Assembly (NCBI GenBank): GCA_947258885.1
Contig: CAMYKD010000022.1
Location: 9,324-73,323, forward strand
Direction: 5' to 3'
DNA: 64,000 bases
Source: an uncultured Kiloniellales bacterium
Lineage (GTDB): Bacteria > Pseudomonadota > Alphaproteobacteria > Kiloniellales > JAKSDN01
Made by a program: the position numbers and the translations under genes. The notes under the pieces were generated by a model. The model had not been told where the DNA came from. It saw only the letters and a program-made list of their open reading frames with translations, and did not search any database. This document shows positions 19,992 through 30,100 of this stretch, in pieces (the first letter of the stretch is position 1; the number at the start of each line of letters is the position of its first letter).

Positions 19992-22300
19992 CCGAGACCG
20001 AATCCTGGGCGAACGTCAACCTGCGCCAGGTGGGACGCCCGCTGGCGCGCAGCGACGCGCCCGGCAAGGCCGCGGGCAGAACCCGTTACGCGGGCGACTA
20101 CACCATGCCCAACATGCTGCACGCCAAGGTGCTGCGCAGCCCCGAGGCCAGTGCGCGGCTGCGCCGGATCGACGTGTCCAAGGCCCGGGCGCTGCCCGGC
20201 GTCGCCTGCGTGCTGACGGCCGCCGACCTGCCGGACCGCAAGGCCTCGACCGACATACCGGGGCAGACCGGCAAGAAGAAGCTCGCGACCGATCAGCAGG
20301 TCCTGGTCAAGGAGCGGGTGCGCTACCACGGCGAGCCCTTGGCGCTCGTCGCCGCTGAAACCCAGACGATCGCCGAGCGGGCGGCTGAACTGATCGATTT
20401 CGAGCTCGAGCCGCTGCCCGGAGTCTACGATCCCTTCGAGGCCATGAAGCCCGGCGCCCCCATAGTTACGGCCCCCGACAACGTCGTCGGCCAGCACAAG
20501 GTGCGAAAGGGCGACATCGCGAAGGGCTTCGCCGAGGCCGACGAGATCATCGAGAACACGTTCCGGACCCAGTTCATCGAGCACGCGTTTCTCGAGCCGG
20601 AGGTCGGGCTCGCCTGGGTCGACGAAAACGACGTCATCAACATCCGCGTCGCGACTCAGGTCATCGAGCACTTCCGTCCCATCGCCGAGGCCGTCGGCGT
20701 GCCGCACAACAAGGTGCGCATCCTGGGGGCCCTGGTCGGCGGCGGGTTCGGCGGCAAGGAGGACGTCACCGTCGAGATCTATCTGGCGCTGCTCGCCCAG
20801 GCCACCGGTCGGCCCGTGCGCTTGGCCTATACGCGCGAAGACTCCATGTTCGGCCACGGCAAGCGCCATCCCTTCGTGATCACCCATCGCACCGGCTTTA
20901 CCAACGACGGCAGGATCACGGCGGTGAAGGTCACGATCACGGCCGATTCGGGGGCCTACGTGTTTCTCAGCCCCTATGTCCTGCTCTACGCCACCGTGGC
21001 GGCCCCCGGGCCCTACCGGGTCGACAACGTGCACGTCGATGCGGTGGCCGCGGCCACCAACAACATGTTCACCAGCGCGTTCCGCGGCTTCGGCGCGGCC
21101 CAGGCCTGCGTCGCCCACGAGGCGCAGATGGACGAGGCGGCCAAGGCGCTCGGCATCGACCGGATGGAGCTCAGGCGGCGCAACTTCCTGCGCACCGGCG
21201 ACAAGCTTGTCACCGGCCATCCGATCGAGAGCGCGGTCTGGTCCGACGAGTGCATGATCAAGGCCTGGGAGGCCCTGGGCGAGCGCACGCCGGATGCGGG
21301 TCCCGTCAAGGTCGGCCGGGGCGTCGCGACCTACCAGCAGAGCTATGGCCGCATCACCTGGCTGCACGACACCTCCGAGGCCTGGGTCGGCGTCGAGGTC
21401 GACGGCTCCGTGGTCGTGCGCTCGGGCGTCACCGACATCGGCGCGGGCCAGGTTTCGGCGCTCGGCCAGATCGCCGCCGAGCTGCTCGGCGTCGGCCTGG
21501 ACGACGTCACCATCTACAACAGCGATTCGGCGGTCACGCCGCTGGCCGGGACCACGACCGCGACGCGCGGGCTCTACATGACCGGCAACGCCGTGCGGCT
21601 GGCCGCCGAGGCCATACGCGGGCGCTTTCTGGCCCGCGCCGCCAGGGAGTTCGGCGTCGAGCCGGGCGAGGTGGACCTGGCCGAATCGAAGGCCTTCCTC
21701 GTCGACCGCCCGGACACGTCCATGGCCTTCAAGGACTTGGTGGCGCTCTGCGCCTCCGAGGGCGTGCACCGCTCCGAACTCGTCATGTTCCGGGCGCCCT
21801 TCACCGGCCAGATCGACCCGGAGACCGGACAGGGCCGGGTGCACCCGGACTATGCCTACGGCGCGCATGCGGTCGAGGTCGCGGTGGATACCGAGACCGG
21901 CGAGGTCACGGTGCTGAAGAGCGTCGGCGCCCACGATGTCGGCCAGGCGATCAACCCGGACGCGGTGGCCGGGCAGATCGAGGGCGGCGCCGCCATGGGC
22001 CAGGGCTACGCGCTCAGCGAGGAGCTGTGCTACGAGGAGGGCCGGCTGACCACGCCGTCCTTCAGCGAATACCTGATCCCGACCGCCATGGACGTGCCGC
22101 GCTATCAGTCGATCATCCTAGAATCGCGCAGCGGCCTGGGGCCCTTCGGCGCCAAGGGTATCGGCGAGCCGGCCCTGACCCCGGTCGCCCCGGCCATCGC
22201 CAACGCGGTCGCGGACGCCATCGGCGTGCGCGTCTTCGACCTGCCGATCACCCCGGAGAAGATCGTGATGGCCCTGCGGAGGGCCGAGGCGGCGGAATGA
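19988..22300 (+). CDS. Xanthine-dehydrogenase-family molybdopterin-binding large subunit
   Basis: 770 aa (GGGFGGKE, aldehyde oxidase/xanthine dehydrogenase a/b hammerhead and Mo-binding regions). ATGA overlap with the small subunit. Confidence 0.9.
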   Translation: MTETESWANVNLRQVGRPLARSDAPGKAAGRTRYAGDYTMPNMLHAKVLRSPEASARLRRIDVSKARALPGVACVLTAADLPDRKASTDIPGQTGKKKLATDQQVLVKERVRYHGEPLALVAAETQTIAERAAELIDFELEPLPGVYDPFEAMKPGAPIVTAPDNVVGQHKVRKGDIAKGFAEADEIIENTFRTQFIEHAFLEPEVGLAWVDENDVINIRVATQVIEHFRPIAEAVGVPHNKVRILGALVGGGFGGKEDVTVEIYLALLAQATGRPVRLAYTREDSMFGHGKRHPFVITHRTGFTNDGRITAVKVTITADSGAYVFLSPYVLLYATVAAPGPYRVDNVHVDAVAAATNNMFTSAFRGFGAAQACVAHEAQMDEAAKALGIDRMELRRRNFLRTGDKLVTGHPIESAVWSDECMIKAWEALGERTPDAGPVKVGRGVATYQQSYGRITWLHDTSEAWVGVEVDGSVVVRSGVTDIGAGQVSALGQIAAELLGVGLDDVTIYNSDSAVTPLAGTTTATRGLYMTGNAVRLAAEAIRGRFLARAAREFGVEPGEVDLAESKAFLVDRPDTSMAFKDLVALCASEGVHRSELVMFRAPFTGQIDPETGQGRVHPDYAYGAHAVEVAVDTETGEVTVLKSVGAHDVGQAINPDAVAGQIEGGAAMGQGYALSEELCYEEGRLTTPSFSEYLIPTAMDVPRYQSIILESRSGLGPFGAKGIGEPALTPVAPAIANAVADAIGVRVFDLPITPEKIVMALRRAEAAE

Positions 22301-22385
22301 CGCGGGTCCCGCGGGGCAGGGGGCCGGGTTCGGCTGGACGAGTTTCCGCTGGACGGAGACCGCGGATTCCTGCCAAGCACTAAGC

Positions 22386-23366
22386 ATGATTCGTCAGGGG
22401 GACTGTAGGATGGTTGACGACGTAGCCGCGACCGGCGACCGGGCCTTCACGGCCGAGACCGACTACGGCATGGGCAGCGAGCCGACCTACGCCGGGGCGC
22501 TCAGCTTTATGCGCCGCCGCTATACGCGCGATCTGGCCGGCGTCGACGTGGCGGTCAGCGGCGTGCCGCTGGACCTCGCCACGACCAACCGGCCCGGGGC
22601 CCGTTTCGGCCCGGCGGGCATTCGCGCCGCCTCCGCCCATCTCTCCTGGCACGGCGGACCCTGGCCCTGGGGCTTCGATCCCTTCGAGCGCCTGGCGGTG
22701 ATCGACTACGGCGACTGCCGCTTCGACCATGGCAAGCCGGACGAGCTCGTGGCCTCGATCGAGGCCCATGCCAAGACGATTCTCGATGCCGGCGTGTCCC
22801 TGTTGACCCTGGGTGGGGATCATTTCATCACCTACCCGCTGTTGCGCGCCCATAACGAGGTCCATGGGCCGCTCTCGCTGATCCATTTCGACGCCCATAC
22901 CGATTCCTGGCGCGAAGACGAGAGGCGGCTGGATCACGGCACGATGTTCTACCACGCGGCCAAGGAAGGGCTGGTCGATCCCGGCCGCTCGGTCCAGGTC
23001 GGCATCCGCACCTACAACGAGGAGACCCACGGCTTCAACATCCTCCACGCCGAGCGGGTGCACGAGACGGGTGTGGCCGCAACCGTTGCCGAGATCCAGA
23101 GCGTGGTCGGCGGCAACAAGGCTTACCTGACTTTCGACATCGACTGCCTGGATCCCAGCTTCGCGCCGGGCACCGGCACGCCGGTCTGCGGCGGTCTGTC
23201 CACCGCCCAGGCGCTGGGACTTCTGCGCGGGCTCGCCGCGCTCGACCTCGTCGCCATGGATCTGGTCGAGGTCGCCCCGGTCTACGACAGCGCCGAGATC
23301 ACCTCCCTGGCCGGGGCCACCCTGGCGTTGGAGTACCTCTGCGTGCTGGCCTCCAAGCGTGCCTGA
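22386..23366 (+). CDS. Agmatinase/guanidino-acid ureohydrolase family (SpeB-like)
   Basis: Arginase-fold Mn-ligand motifs (GGDHFITYP, IHFDAHTDSW, LTFDIDCLDP). An alternative start is the ATG at 22410. Confidence 0.85.
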   Translation: MIRQGDCRMVDDVAATGDRAFTAETDYGMGSEPTYAGALSFMRRRYTRDLAGVDVAVSGVPLDLATTNRPGARFGPAGIRAASAHLSWHGGPWPWGFDPFERLAVIDYGDCRFDHGKPDELVASIEAHAKTILDAGVSLLTLGGDHFITYPLLRAHNEVHGPLSLIHFDAHTDSWREDERRLDHGTMFYHAAKEGLVDPGRSVQVGIRTYNEETHGFNILHAERVHETGVAATVAEIQSVVGGNKAYLTFDIDCLDPSFAPGTGTPVCGGLSTAQALGLLRGLAALDLVAMDLVEVAPVYDSAEITSLAGATLALEYLCVLASKRA

Positions 23367-23386
23367 GCGACGGGCCTTAGGCAACC

Positions 23387-25462
23387 ATGCCCCGTGATCC
23401 ACGCTACGACGTTCTGTTCGAACCGGTGAAGATCGGGCCCGTCACGGCGCCGAACCGCTTCTATCAGGTGCCGCACTGCAACGGCATGGGCTACCGGGAC
23501 CCCGCCGCCATGACCGTCATGCGCGGGATCAAGGCCGAGGGCGGTTGGGGCGTCGTCTGTACCGAGCAATGCGAGATCCACTACAGCTCCGAGATAACGC
23601 CCTTCATAGAGCTGCGGCTGTGGGACGAGCGCGATCTCCCGGCGCTCGAACGCGTGGCAAAGGCGGTCCATGCGCACGGGGCGCTGGCCGGGCTCGAGCT
23701 CGCCTACAACGGCATGAACGGACCCAACTTCTATACCCGCGAACCGCCGATGGGCCCGTCGCACCTGCCGGTCGCGACCTTCACCAACGACCCCGTACAG
23801 GCGCGTGCGATGGACAAGCAGGACATCGCCGATCTGCGCCGCTGGCACAGGACGGCGGCGCTGCGGGCCCAGCGCGCCGGGTTCGATATCGTCTACGTCT
23901 ACGCCGCCCATGCATTGAGCGGCCTTCAGCACTTCCTGTCGCGGCGCTACAACGACCGCGGCGACGAGTACGGCGGCAGCCTCGAGAACCGCGTCCGGAT
24001 CGTCCGCGAGCTGACCCAGGATGCCAAGGAGGCGGTCGGCGACCGCTGCGCGGTGGCCATCCGCCTCTCGGTCGACGAGCTACTCGGCCCGGAGGGACTC
24101 CACCGCGAAGAAGCCCACGACATGATTGGGATTTTGGCAGATTTGCCAGACCTTTGGGACATCACTCTCTCAGATTGGGCGAACGACTCCGAGACCTCGC
24201 GCTTCGGCGACGAAGGGGCGCAGGAACCCTTCGTCGCTGGCATCAAGGGCTTGACCAGCAAGCCCGTGGTCGGCGTCGGCCGCTTCACCTCGCCCGACGC
24301 GATGGCCGCGCAGATCAAGCGCGGCGTGCTCGACCTGATCGGCGCGGCGCGGCCGTCGATCGCCGATCCGTTCCTGCCTCGGAAGGTCGAGGAGGGGCGG
24401 ATCGACGACATACGCGAATGCATCGGCTGCAATATCTGCGTCTCGGGCGACATGACCATGTCGCCGATCCGCTGCACGCAGAACCCGACCAAGGGCGAGG
24501 AATGGCGGCGGGGCTGGCACCCGGAGCGCATCGCCCCCAAGGCATCCGACGCCAAGGTGCTCGTCGTCGGGGCCGGTCCCGCAGGCCTGGAATGCGCCCG
24601 GGCCCTGGGCGCGCGCGGCTACGAGGTCGCGCTCGCCGAGGCGGCGACCGAGCTCGGCGGCCGGGTCGCGAGGGAGTGCCGCCTGCCGGGCCTCTCCGCC
24701 TGGGGCCGGGTGCGCGACCACCGCGTCCAGCAAATGCGGACCATGACTAACGTCGAGACCTACCTCGGCAGCCGGTTGACGGCGGAGCAGGTCCTCGAAC
24801 TCGGCTTTCAGCATGTCGCGGTTGCGACCGGGGCGGTCTGGCGGCGCGACGGTGTCGCCCGCTTTCTCCTGCGGCCGATCGCAGTGGAGGAGGGCGCCGA
24901 GGTCCTGACCCCCGACGACCTCATGGGCGGCAAGGGACCGTCGGGACGGCGCGTCGTGCTCTACGACGACGATCACTACTACATGGGCGGCGTGCTGGCC
25001 GAGCTCCTGGCCGCGCAGGGCCGCGAGGTCACGCTGGTCACCCCGGCGTCCGACGTCTCCAATTGGACCCACAATACGCTCGAGCAGGGCCGCATTCAGA
25101 CCCGCCTCCTGGAGCTGGGCATCGCCATCGAACCGCATCGCGCGGTCACCGCGGTCCGGGCCGGCGGCGTCGAGACCGCCTGCGTGTTCACCGGACGCAA
25201 GGCGGAAATCGCCTGCGACTCCGTCGTCCTCGTCACCGCGCGTCTGCCGAACGAATCGCTCTATCGCGACTTGAACGCGCAGCGCGCCGCCTGGAAGGAC
25301 AGCGGGATCCTATCGATCAAGACCATCGGCGACGCGCTCGCCCCCGCGACCATCGCCGCCGCCGTCTATGCCGGCCACCGCTACGCGCGGGAGCTCGACG
25401 GCCCGGAGCCCGGCGACGGCCCGCCGTTCAAGCGCGAGCTGACGGAGCTGGCGCCGCTCTGA
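23387..25462 (+). CDS. Trimethylamine/dimethylamine/histamine-dehydrogenase-family flavoprotein (FMN + 4Fe-4S + ADP-binding)
   Basis: 691 aa. The N-terminus RDPRYDVLFEPVKIGPVTAPNRFYQVPHCNGMGY closely parallels TMADH, including the Cys used for 6-S-cysteinyl-FMN. Also CIGCNICVS and VVGAGPAGLE. Confidence 0.9.
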   Translation: MPRDPRYDVLFEPVKIGPVTAPNRFYQVPHCNGMGYRDPAAMTVMRGIKAEGGWGVVCTEQCEIHYSSEITPFIELRLWDERDLPALERVAKAVHAHGALAGLELAYNGMNGPNFYTREPPMGPSHLPVATFTNDPVQARAMDKQDIADLRRWHRTAALRAQRAGFDIVYVYAAHALSGLQHFLSRRYNDRGDEYGGSLENRVRIVRELTQDAKEAVGDRCAVAIRLSVDELLGPEGLHREEAHDMIGILADLPDLWDITLSDWANDSETSRFGDEGAQEPFVAGIKGLTSKPVVGVGRFTSPDAMAAQIKRGVLDLIGAARPSIADPFLPRKVEEGRIDDIRECIGCNICVSGDMTMSPIRCTQNPTKGEEWRRGWHPERIAPKASDAKVLVVGAGPAGLECARALGARGYEVALAEAATELGGRVARECRLPGLSAWGRVRDHRVQQMRTMTNVETYLGSRLTAEQVLELGFQHVAVATGAVWRRDGVARFLLRPIAVEEGAEVLTPDDLMGGKGPSGRRVVLYDDDHYYMGGVLAELLAAQGREVTLVTPASDVSNWTHNTLEQGRIQTRLLELGIAIEPHRAVTAVRAGGVETACVFTGRKAEIACDSVVLVTARLPNESLYRDLNAQRAAWKDSGILSIKTIGDALAPATIAAAVYAGHRYARELDGPEPGDGPPFKRELTELAPL

Positions 25463-25517
25463 ATACGAAGCGGCGTCGAACACCCTCGCCAGCGGGCAGT
25501 GTCTTGCGTGGCCGGAA

Positions 25518-25910
25518 TTATCCTTCAGACGCGCCCTGAAAACCGAAACCTTCTACCCGTGCCCTGCAATCATCATAGGAAATGGTGACACAGCGGCGGT
25601 GCAGTTCACCAAGCGTCATTTCCGACGCGTGTTGCGGCAAGCTCACAGGCGCTTCCAGACAATCCTGAAATATCTGCTCGACCACATCGGTCATCCGCTG
25701 ACAGCTGGTGTGGTAGAGCAATGCCTTCCCTTTGTAGGACATATCGGGAATGATCACGACATACCCGCATTTCGATTGCAGGTGATCGACAGCGGCAAGC
25801 TCTTTTCCGTCGTCTAGGAAAAGAATGTTGTCTCGAACGACGATGCATCGTCCATTTTGCCGCACGCATTCTGCGGAGAAGTCGGTGGGATTCTCCACAA
25901 ACTGGCTCAT
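25518..25910 (-). CDS. Hypothetical Cys-rich protein, no recognisable family
   Basis: 130-aa ORF in the AT-richer island. Good SD (GGAGGA) 5 nt upstream of the ATG at 25910. Confidence 0.55.
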   Translation of the reverse strand: MSQFVENPTDFSAECVRQNGRCIVVRDNILFLDDGKELAAVDHLQSKCGYVVIIPDMSYKGKALLYHTSCQRMTDVVEQIFQDCLEAPVSLPQHASEMTLGELHRRCVTISYDDCRARVEGFGFQGASEG

Positions 25911-25935
25911 CTGATCCTCCGAAAAATCCGTGTTT

Positions 25936-26157
25936 TTAGGAGTTCATGGCCTGACGGATTTGCTGTACCAGCGCAACAGAAAGACTATCGTATTTGCGCG
26001 ACCTGATCCAGCCGTGATTGGAGCGGATTGAATGCCTGTGGTGCTGGAGGTCGGTATCCCAGCGATGAATGTGGCCCGCGCGGGTGAAGGCGACAATGCC
26101 CCCTCTACAGCTCAATTCGGTGGCCTCGGTGCGACGGTGGCCGCCAAGAGCTACCAC
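25936..26157 (-). CDS. Small hypothetical ORF, possibly the remnant of a longer gene
   Basis: 73 codons from GTG 26157. The same frame continues upstream to ATG 26238 but is interrupted by TGA at 26190-26188. Confidence 0.3.
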   Translation of the reverse strand: MVALGGHRRTEATELSCRGGIVAFTRAGHIHRWDTDLQHHRHSIRSNHGWIRSRKYDSLSVALVQQIRQAMNS

Positions 26158-26538
26158 CGTTGTCTCCCCAACGAGCTTATGCCACGATCAAGCCACTGGG
26201 AGGGTTTCACAAGGGGAACCTCGATAATGCAATGCCATCGGGTAGAGGCGGTTTTTTTTGATCTATGTCAATGTGTCGGACGTTAACTCCGGCGACATAG
26301 TACTAGAGGATAACAGCCGTACTGGCATACCCCATGAGGCTTCAGGAGTTGCTCGATAGCCACGTCTCTTCCCCGACCTCCCGGCGGGAGGAGAAATGGT
26401 TTTCCCATCCTGGACGGAACTTAGCCTGTCGGTTGGGCTGAAACGCCCGCCTGACGCCGCAAGACGTCCGGTAAATCCATCGAGATCAGAAGACACCTCC
26501 GGTTTTCTGTCGCAGAACAAAGATCGAAGAGTGGTTCA

Positions 26539-27177
26539 ATGAAGAAGCCTGGAAGCCACGTTTCGTCCAAGAAGGCCGGGCGCATGCCCAAAGGCGGCGC
26601 TCCGAACGCCCGCGGCTCGGCAGGACCGGGGGGGCGGCTCGACCCCGAAATCGAGCGGTGGTTCGCCACTGCGGGGGTTGCTTTTCCATCGTCGCGGTCA
26701 TCGATCATCCCGATGCTCCAGGCGGCGCAGGCGGCGCTCGGGTACCTGCCGCGCGATGCGATGCGGGCCATCGCGCGCCACCTCGTCGTGCCCCCGGCGC
26801 TGGTCGAGGGCGTGGCCAGTTTCTACGCGCAGTTCCGCTTCAACAAGCCCGGCAGGCACCGCGTCACGGTTTGCACCGGCACTGCCTGCTACGTCCGCGG
26901 GAGCGGGAAGCTTTTGGACGACATACAGGCGGACCTCGAGATCGGGTCGGGCGAGACCACGGCCGACGGTGCCGTATCGCTGGAATCGGTCTCCTGCTTC
27001 GGTGCCTGTGCGCTCGCCCCCGTCGTGGTCCTCGACGACAAGGTTCTGCGCCAGCAAACCAGCGAATCGATGAAGAAGGTCGTACAGGACATTTCCTCCG
27101 GTCCATCGAAGGGCAGGTCGCGCGGCATGCGCTCTTCCCCCGCTGCCTCCCCCGGCGCCCGAGGAGCGCGCAAATGA
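26539..27177 (+). CDS. NuoE-like [2Fe-2S] subunit (formate dehydrogenase gamma-type)
   Basis: 212 aa. NuoE/HoxE core (MLQAAQAALGYLP, SFYAQFRF, VCTGTACYVRG, SCFGACALAP) preceded by a roughly 40-aa basic extension. An alternative start is the ATG at 26584. Confidence 0.85.
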   Translation: MKKPGSHVSSKKAGRMPKGGAPNARGSAGPGGRLDPEIERWFATAGVAFPSSRSSIIPMLQAAQAALGYLPRDAMRAIARHLVVPPALVEGVASFYAQFRFNKPGRHRVTVCTGTACYVRGSGKLLDDIQADLEIGSGETTADGAVSLESVSCFGACALAPVVVLDDKVLRQQTSESMKKVVQDISSGPSKGRSRGMRSSPAASPGARGARK

Positions 27178-30100
27178 CGGAACTCGCGCTCCGTGCCGAC
27201 CTCGACGCGTTACGTGCCCAGCTCGCCGCGTCGTTCGACCCTGACAAGCGCCGCGTCTTCGTGTGCAATGGCACCGGATGCAAGGCATGCGGCGCGGACG
27301 ACCTGCTCGGCGGCATCGAGAAGGCGCTGAAGCGGGCAAAGCTTCACGACCAGGTCGAGGTGGTGATGACCGGGGGTTGCGGCCTCTGCGAGAACGGCGC
27401 GCTCGTGGCGGTGCACCCTCCCGGAACGCTATACTGCCGTGTCAGCCCGGACGACATCTTCGATATCGTCGAGAAAACGGTCGCGCGCGGCGAGGTGATC
27501 GAGCGGCTGCTCTATGAGATGCCGGGTGCCGTCGCCGAACCGACGGGGCGGCGGATCTCCGCCGAGCAAGCGATCCCGTTCTACCAGCACCAGATGCGCA
27601 TCGTGCTCGGAATGAACGATCGGATCGACCCGTCGAAGATCGAGGACTATATCCGAGAGGGGGGCTACGCGGGGCTCGCCAAGGCGTTGTTCGAGATGAG
27701 TCCGGATCGGATCATCGACGAGGTGCAGCGCGCGGGGCTCCGTGGGCGGGGCGGCGGCGGCTTCCCCACCGGGCAGAAGTGGGAATTTTGCCGCGCCGCG
27801 GATGGGGATACCAAGTACGTCATATGCAACGCCGACGAGGGCGACCCGGGCGCATTCATGGATCGCTCGCTACTGGAAGGGAACCCGCACGCCGTGCTCG
27901 AGGGGATGGCGATCGGCGCCCGCGCGATCGGCTCGTCGCAGGGGTATATCTATATTCGCGCGGAGTATCCGCTCGCGAACGAGCGGCTACGGATCGCGAT
28001 CGATCAGATGCGCGAGCGGAGTCTACTCGGCGAGAATATCCTCGGATCGGATTTCTCGTTCGATATTGTCATCAAGGAGGGGGCAGGCGCCTTCGTCTGC
28101 GGCGAGGAGACCGCGCTCATCGCCAGCATCGAGGGGCGCCGCGGGATGCCGATGGCACGCCCGCCGTTCCCCGCCGTCAAGGGGCTCTTCGGCAAGCCCA
28201 CCAATATCAACAACGTCGAAACGTGGGCGAACGTTCCGCACATCATCACCGGTGGTGCGGACGAGTACGCGGCTCGCGGAACCGAGTCGAGCAAGGGGAC
28301 CAAGATCTTCTCGCTCGTCGGGCAGGTCAACAACACGGGCCTCGTCGAGGTGCCGATGGGGATGACGCTGCGCCAGCTCGTCTACGAGGTCGGCGGCGGG
28401 ATCAAGGGCGGTCGCGCGCTCAAAGCGGTGCAGTCGGGCGGCCCCTCGGGCGGCTGCATCCCCGCGCATATGATGCACCTGCCGATCGACTACGAGTCGC
28501 TCGCGCAGGCCGGGTCGATCATGGGCTCGGGCGGCCTTGTCGTCATGGACGAGACCACCTGCATGGTCGATCTGGCGCGCTACTTCGTGACGTTCACGGA
28601 GAACGAGTCGTGCGGGAAGTGTGTCCCGTGTCGCCTCGGCACGCGGCAAATGCGGATGATCCTCGACGATATCTGCGAGGGGCGCGGCACGGAGCAGAGC
28701 ATCGCGCAACTCGAAGCCCTCGGCGAGGCTGTCGGCAAGGGCTCGCTTTGCGGCCTTGGCCAGACCGCGCCGAATCCGGTGCTCACGACGATCAAGTACT
28801 TCCGCGACGAGTACCTGGCGCACGTGCGCGAGAAGCGCTGTCCCGCCGGCGTCTGCGAGTCGCTCTTCGTCGCGACCTGCTCCAACCGTTGTCCGAGCGA
28901 GGTGGACATTCCGGCTTACCTCTCCCTTGTGGCGGAAGGCCGCAACGAAGAGGCGCTCCGAAGCCACATGGAGCGGAACCCCTTCCCGTCAGTGTGCGCG
29001 CGCGTCTGCCCGCACCCATGCGAGGATCGCTGCCGGCGCGAGACCTTGGACAGGCCGGTGGCGATTCGCGCGGTGAAGCGCTTCATGGTCGACGACGCGA
29101 CGAACGTCAGCGTGCCGGTGATGGACCGGCCGCCCGAGGAGCGGCGGCGCACGGCGGTCGTCGGCGCAGGGCCGGCTGGGCTGACCGCGGCCTACTTCCT
29201 GCGGCGCCTCGGGCACGAGGTTACCGTATACGAGACGATGCCCGAGCCCGGAGGGATGCTGCGCTATGGGATCCCCTCCTACCGGCTGCCGCGCGAGGAG
29301 CTCGAGCGCGACATAGAGCGGATCACGAGCATGGGCGTGAAGATCGTCTGCGGCGCCGCCATCGGCAAGAAGTTGTCCATCGCAAAGCTGCGCAAGGAGC
29401 ACGATGCCGTCTTCGTCGGCAGCGGCGCCTGGTCGGACGTGACGATGGGCGTCCCGGGCGAGGAAGGGCGGGGCGTCGCCTCGGGGATCGAGTTCCTCAA
29501 GAAGGTGGAGCTCGGCCCGGTCGACCGGATCAGCGGTGACGCCGTTGTGGTGGGCGGCGGGAATACCGCGATCGATGCAGCGCGCACCGCGCTGCGGTTG
29601 GGCGCGCAGAGTGTCACGGTCGTCTACCGCAGGACCCGCGAGGAAATGCCGGTTCAGCCCGAGGAGATCGTCGAGGCTCTGGAGGAGGACGTGAAGTTCG
29701 AGTTCCTCGTCGCGCCGGTCGAGGTCATCCGCAACGGCGGCAAGTCGCCGGTGGCGATCAAGCTGCAGCGGATGCGCCTGGGGGATTTCGACGACAGCGG
29801 CCGCAGACGGCCGATGCCGATAGAGGGTGAGTTCATCGAGCTCCCGGCGGCGCACATCATCCGGGCGATCGGCCAGAAACCGATCGTCCCAACCGGCGGA
29901 CCGCCGGTTTCGAAGCGCGGAACGGTCAACGTGGATCAACTCTCGCTCGCGACGGAGCTCGACGGTGTATTTGCCGGCGGCGATGCCGTGCTCGGTCCGG
30001 CGACGGCGGTGGAGGCGATCGCGCACGGACGTCGCGCGGCGGAGGCTATCGAGCGCTACCTGCACCCGAGCAAGTCTGCGCGGTTTCCGTGGAATGCCCC

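Noticed and set aside
25480-25525. Possible att-like direct repeats flanking the AT-richer island (CCGGAATTATCC..TCAGAC versus CCGGTAAATCC..TCAGAAGAC near 26468-26495).
   Set aside because: The similarity is patchy and gapped. No integrase, tRNA or IS end accompanies it, so it is indistinguishable from chance by eye.
25936-26238. Calling the interrupted small ORF a HigB/RelE toxin gene.
   Set aside because: Only a short C-terminal stretch (SIRSN..W...V.LV) resembles the family. The alternating hydrophobic beta-strand pattern after the Trp is not kept. The N-terminal half shows no similarity and the frame carries a TGA. I kept it as a hypothesis inside a finding, not as an annotation.
26252-26259. 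T8 run as a rho-independent terminator for the upstream plus-strand operon.
   Set aside because: The preceding sequence offers only a 4-bp stem (CCTC...GAGG). The run is about 790 nt downstream of the TMADH-like stop and lies inside the opposite-strand island.
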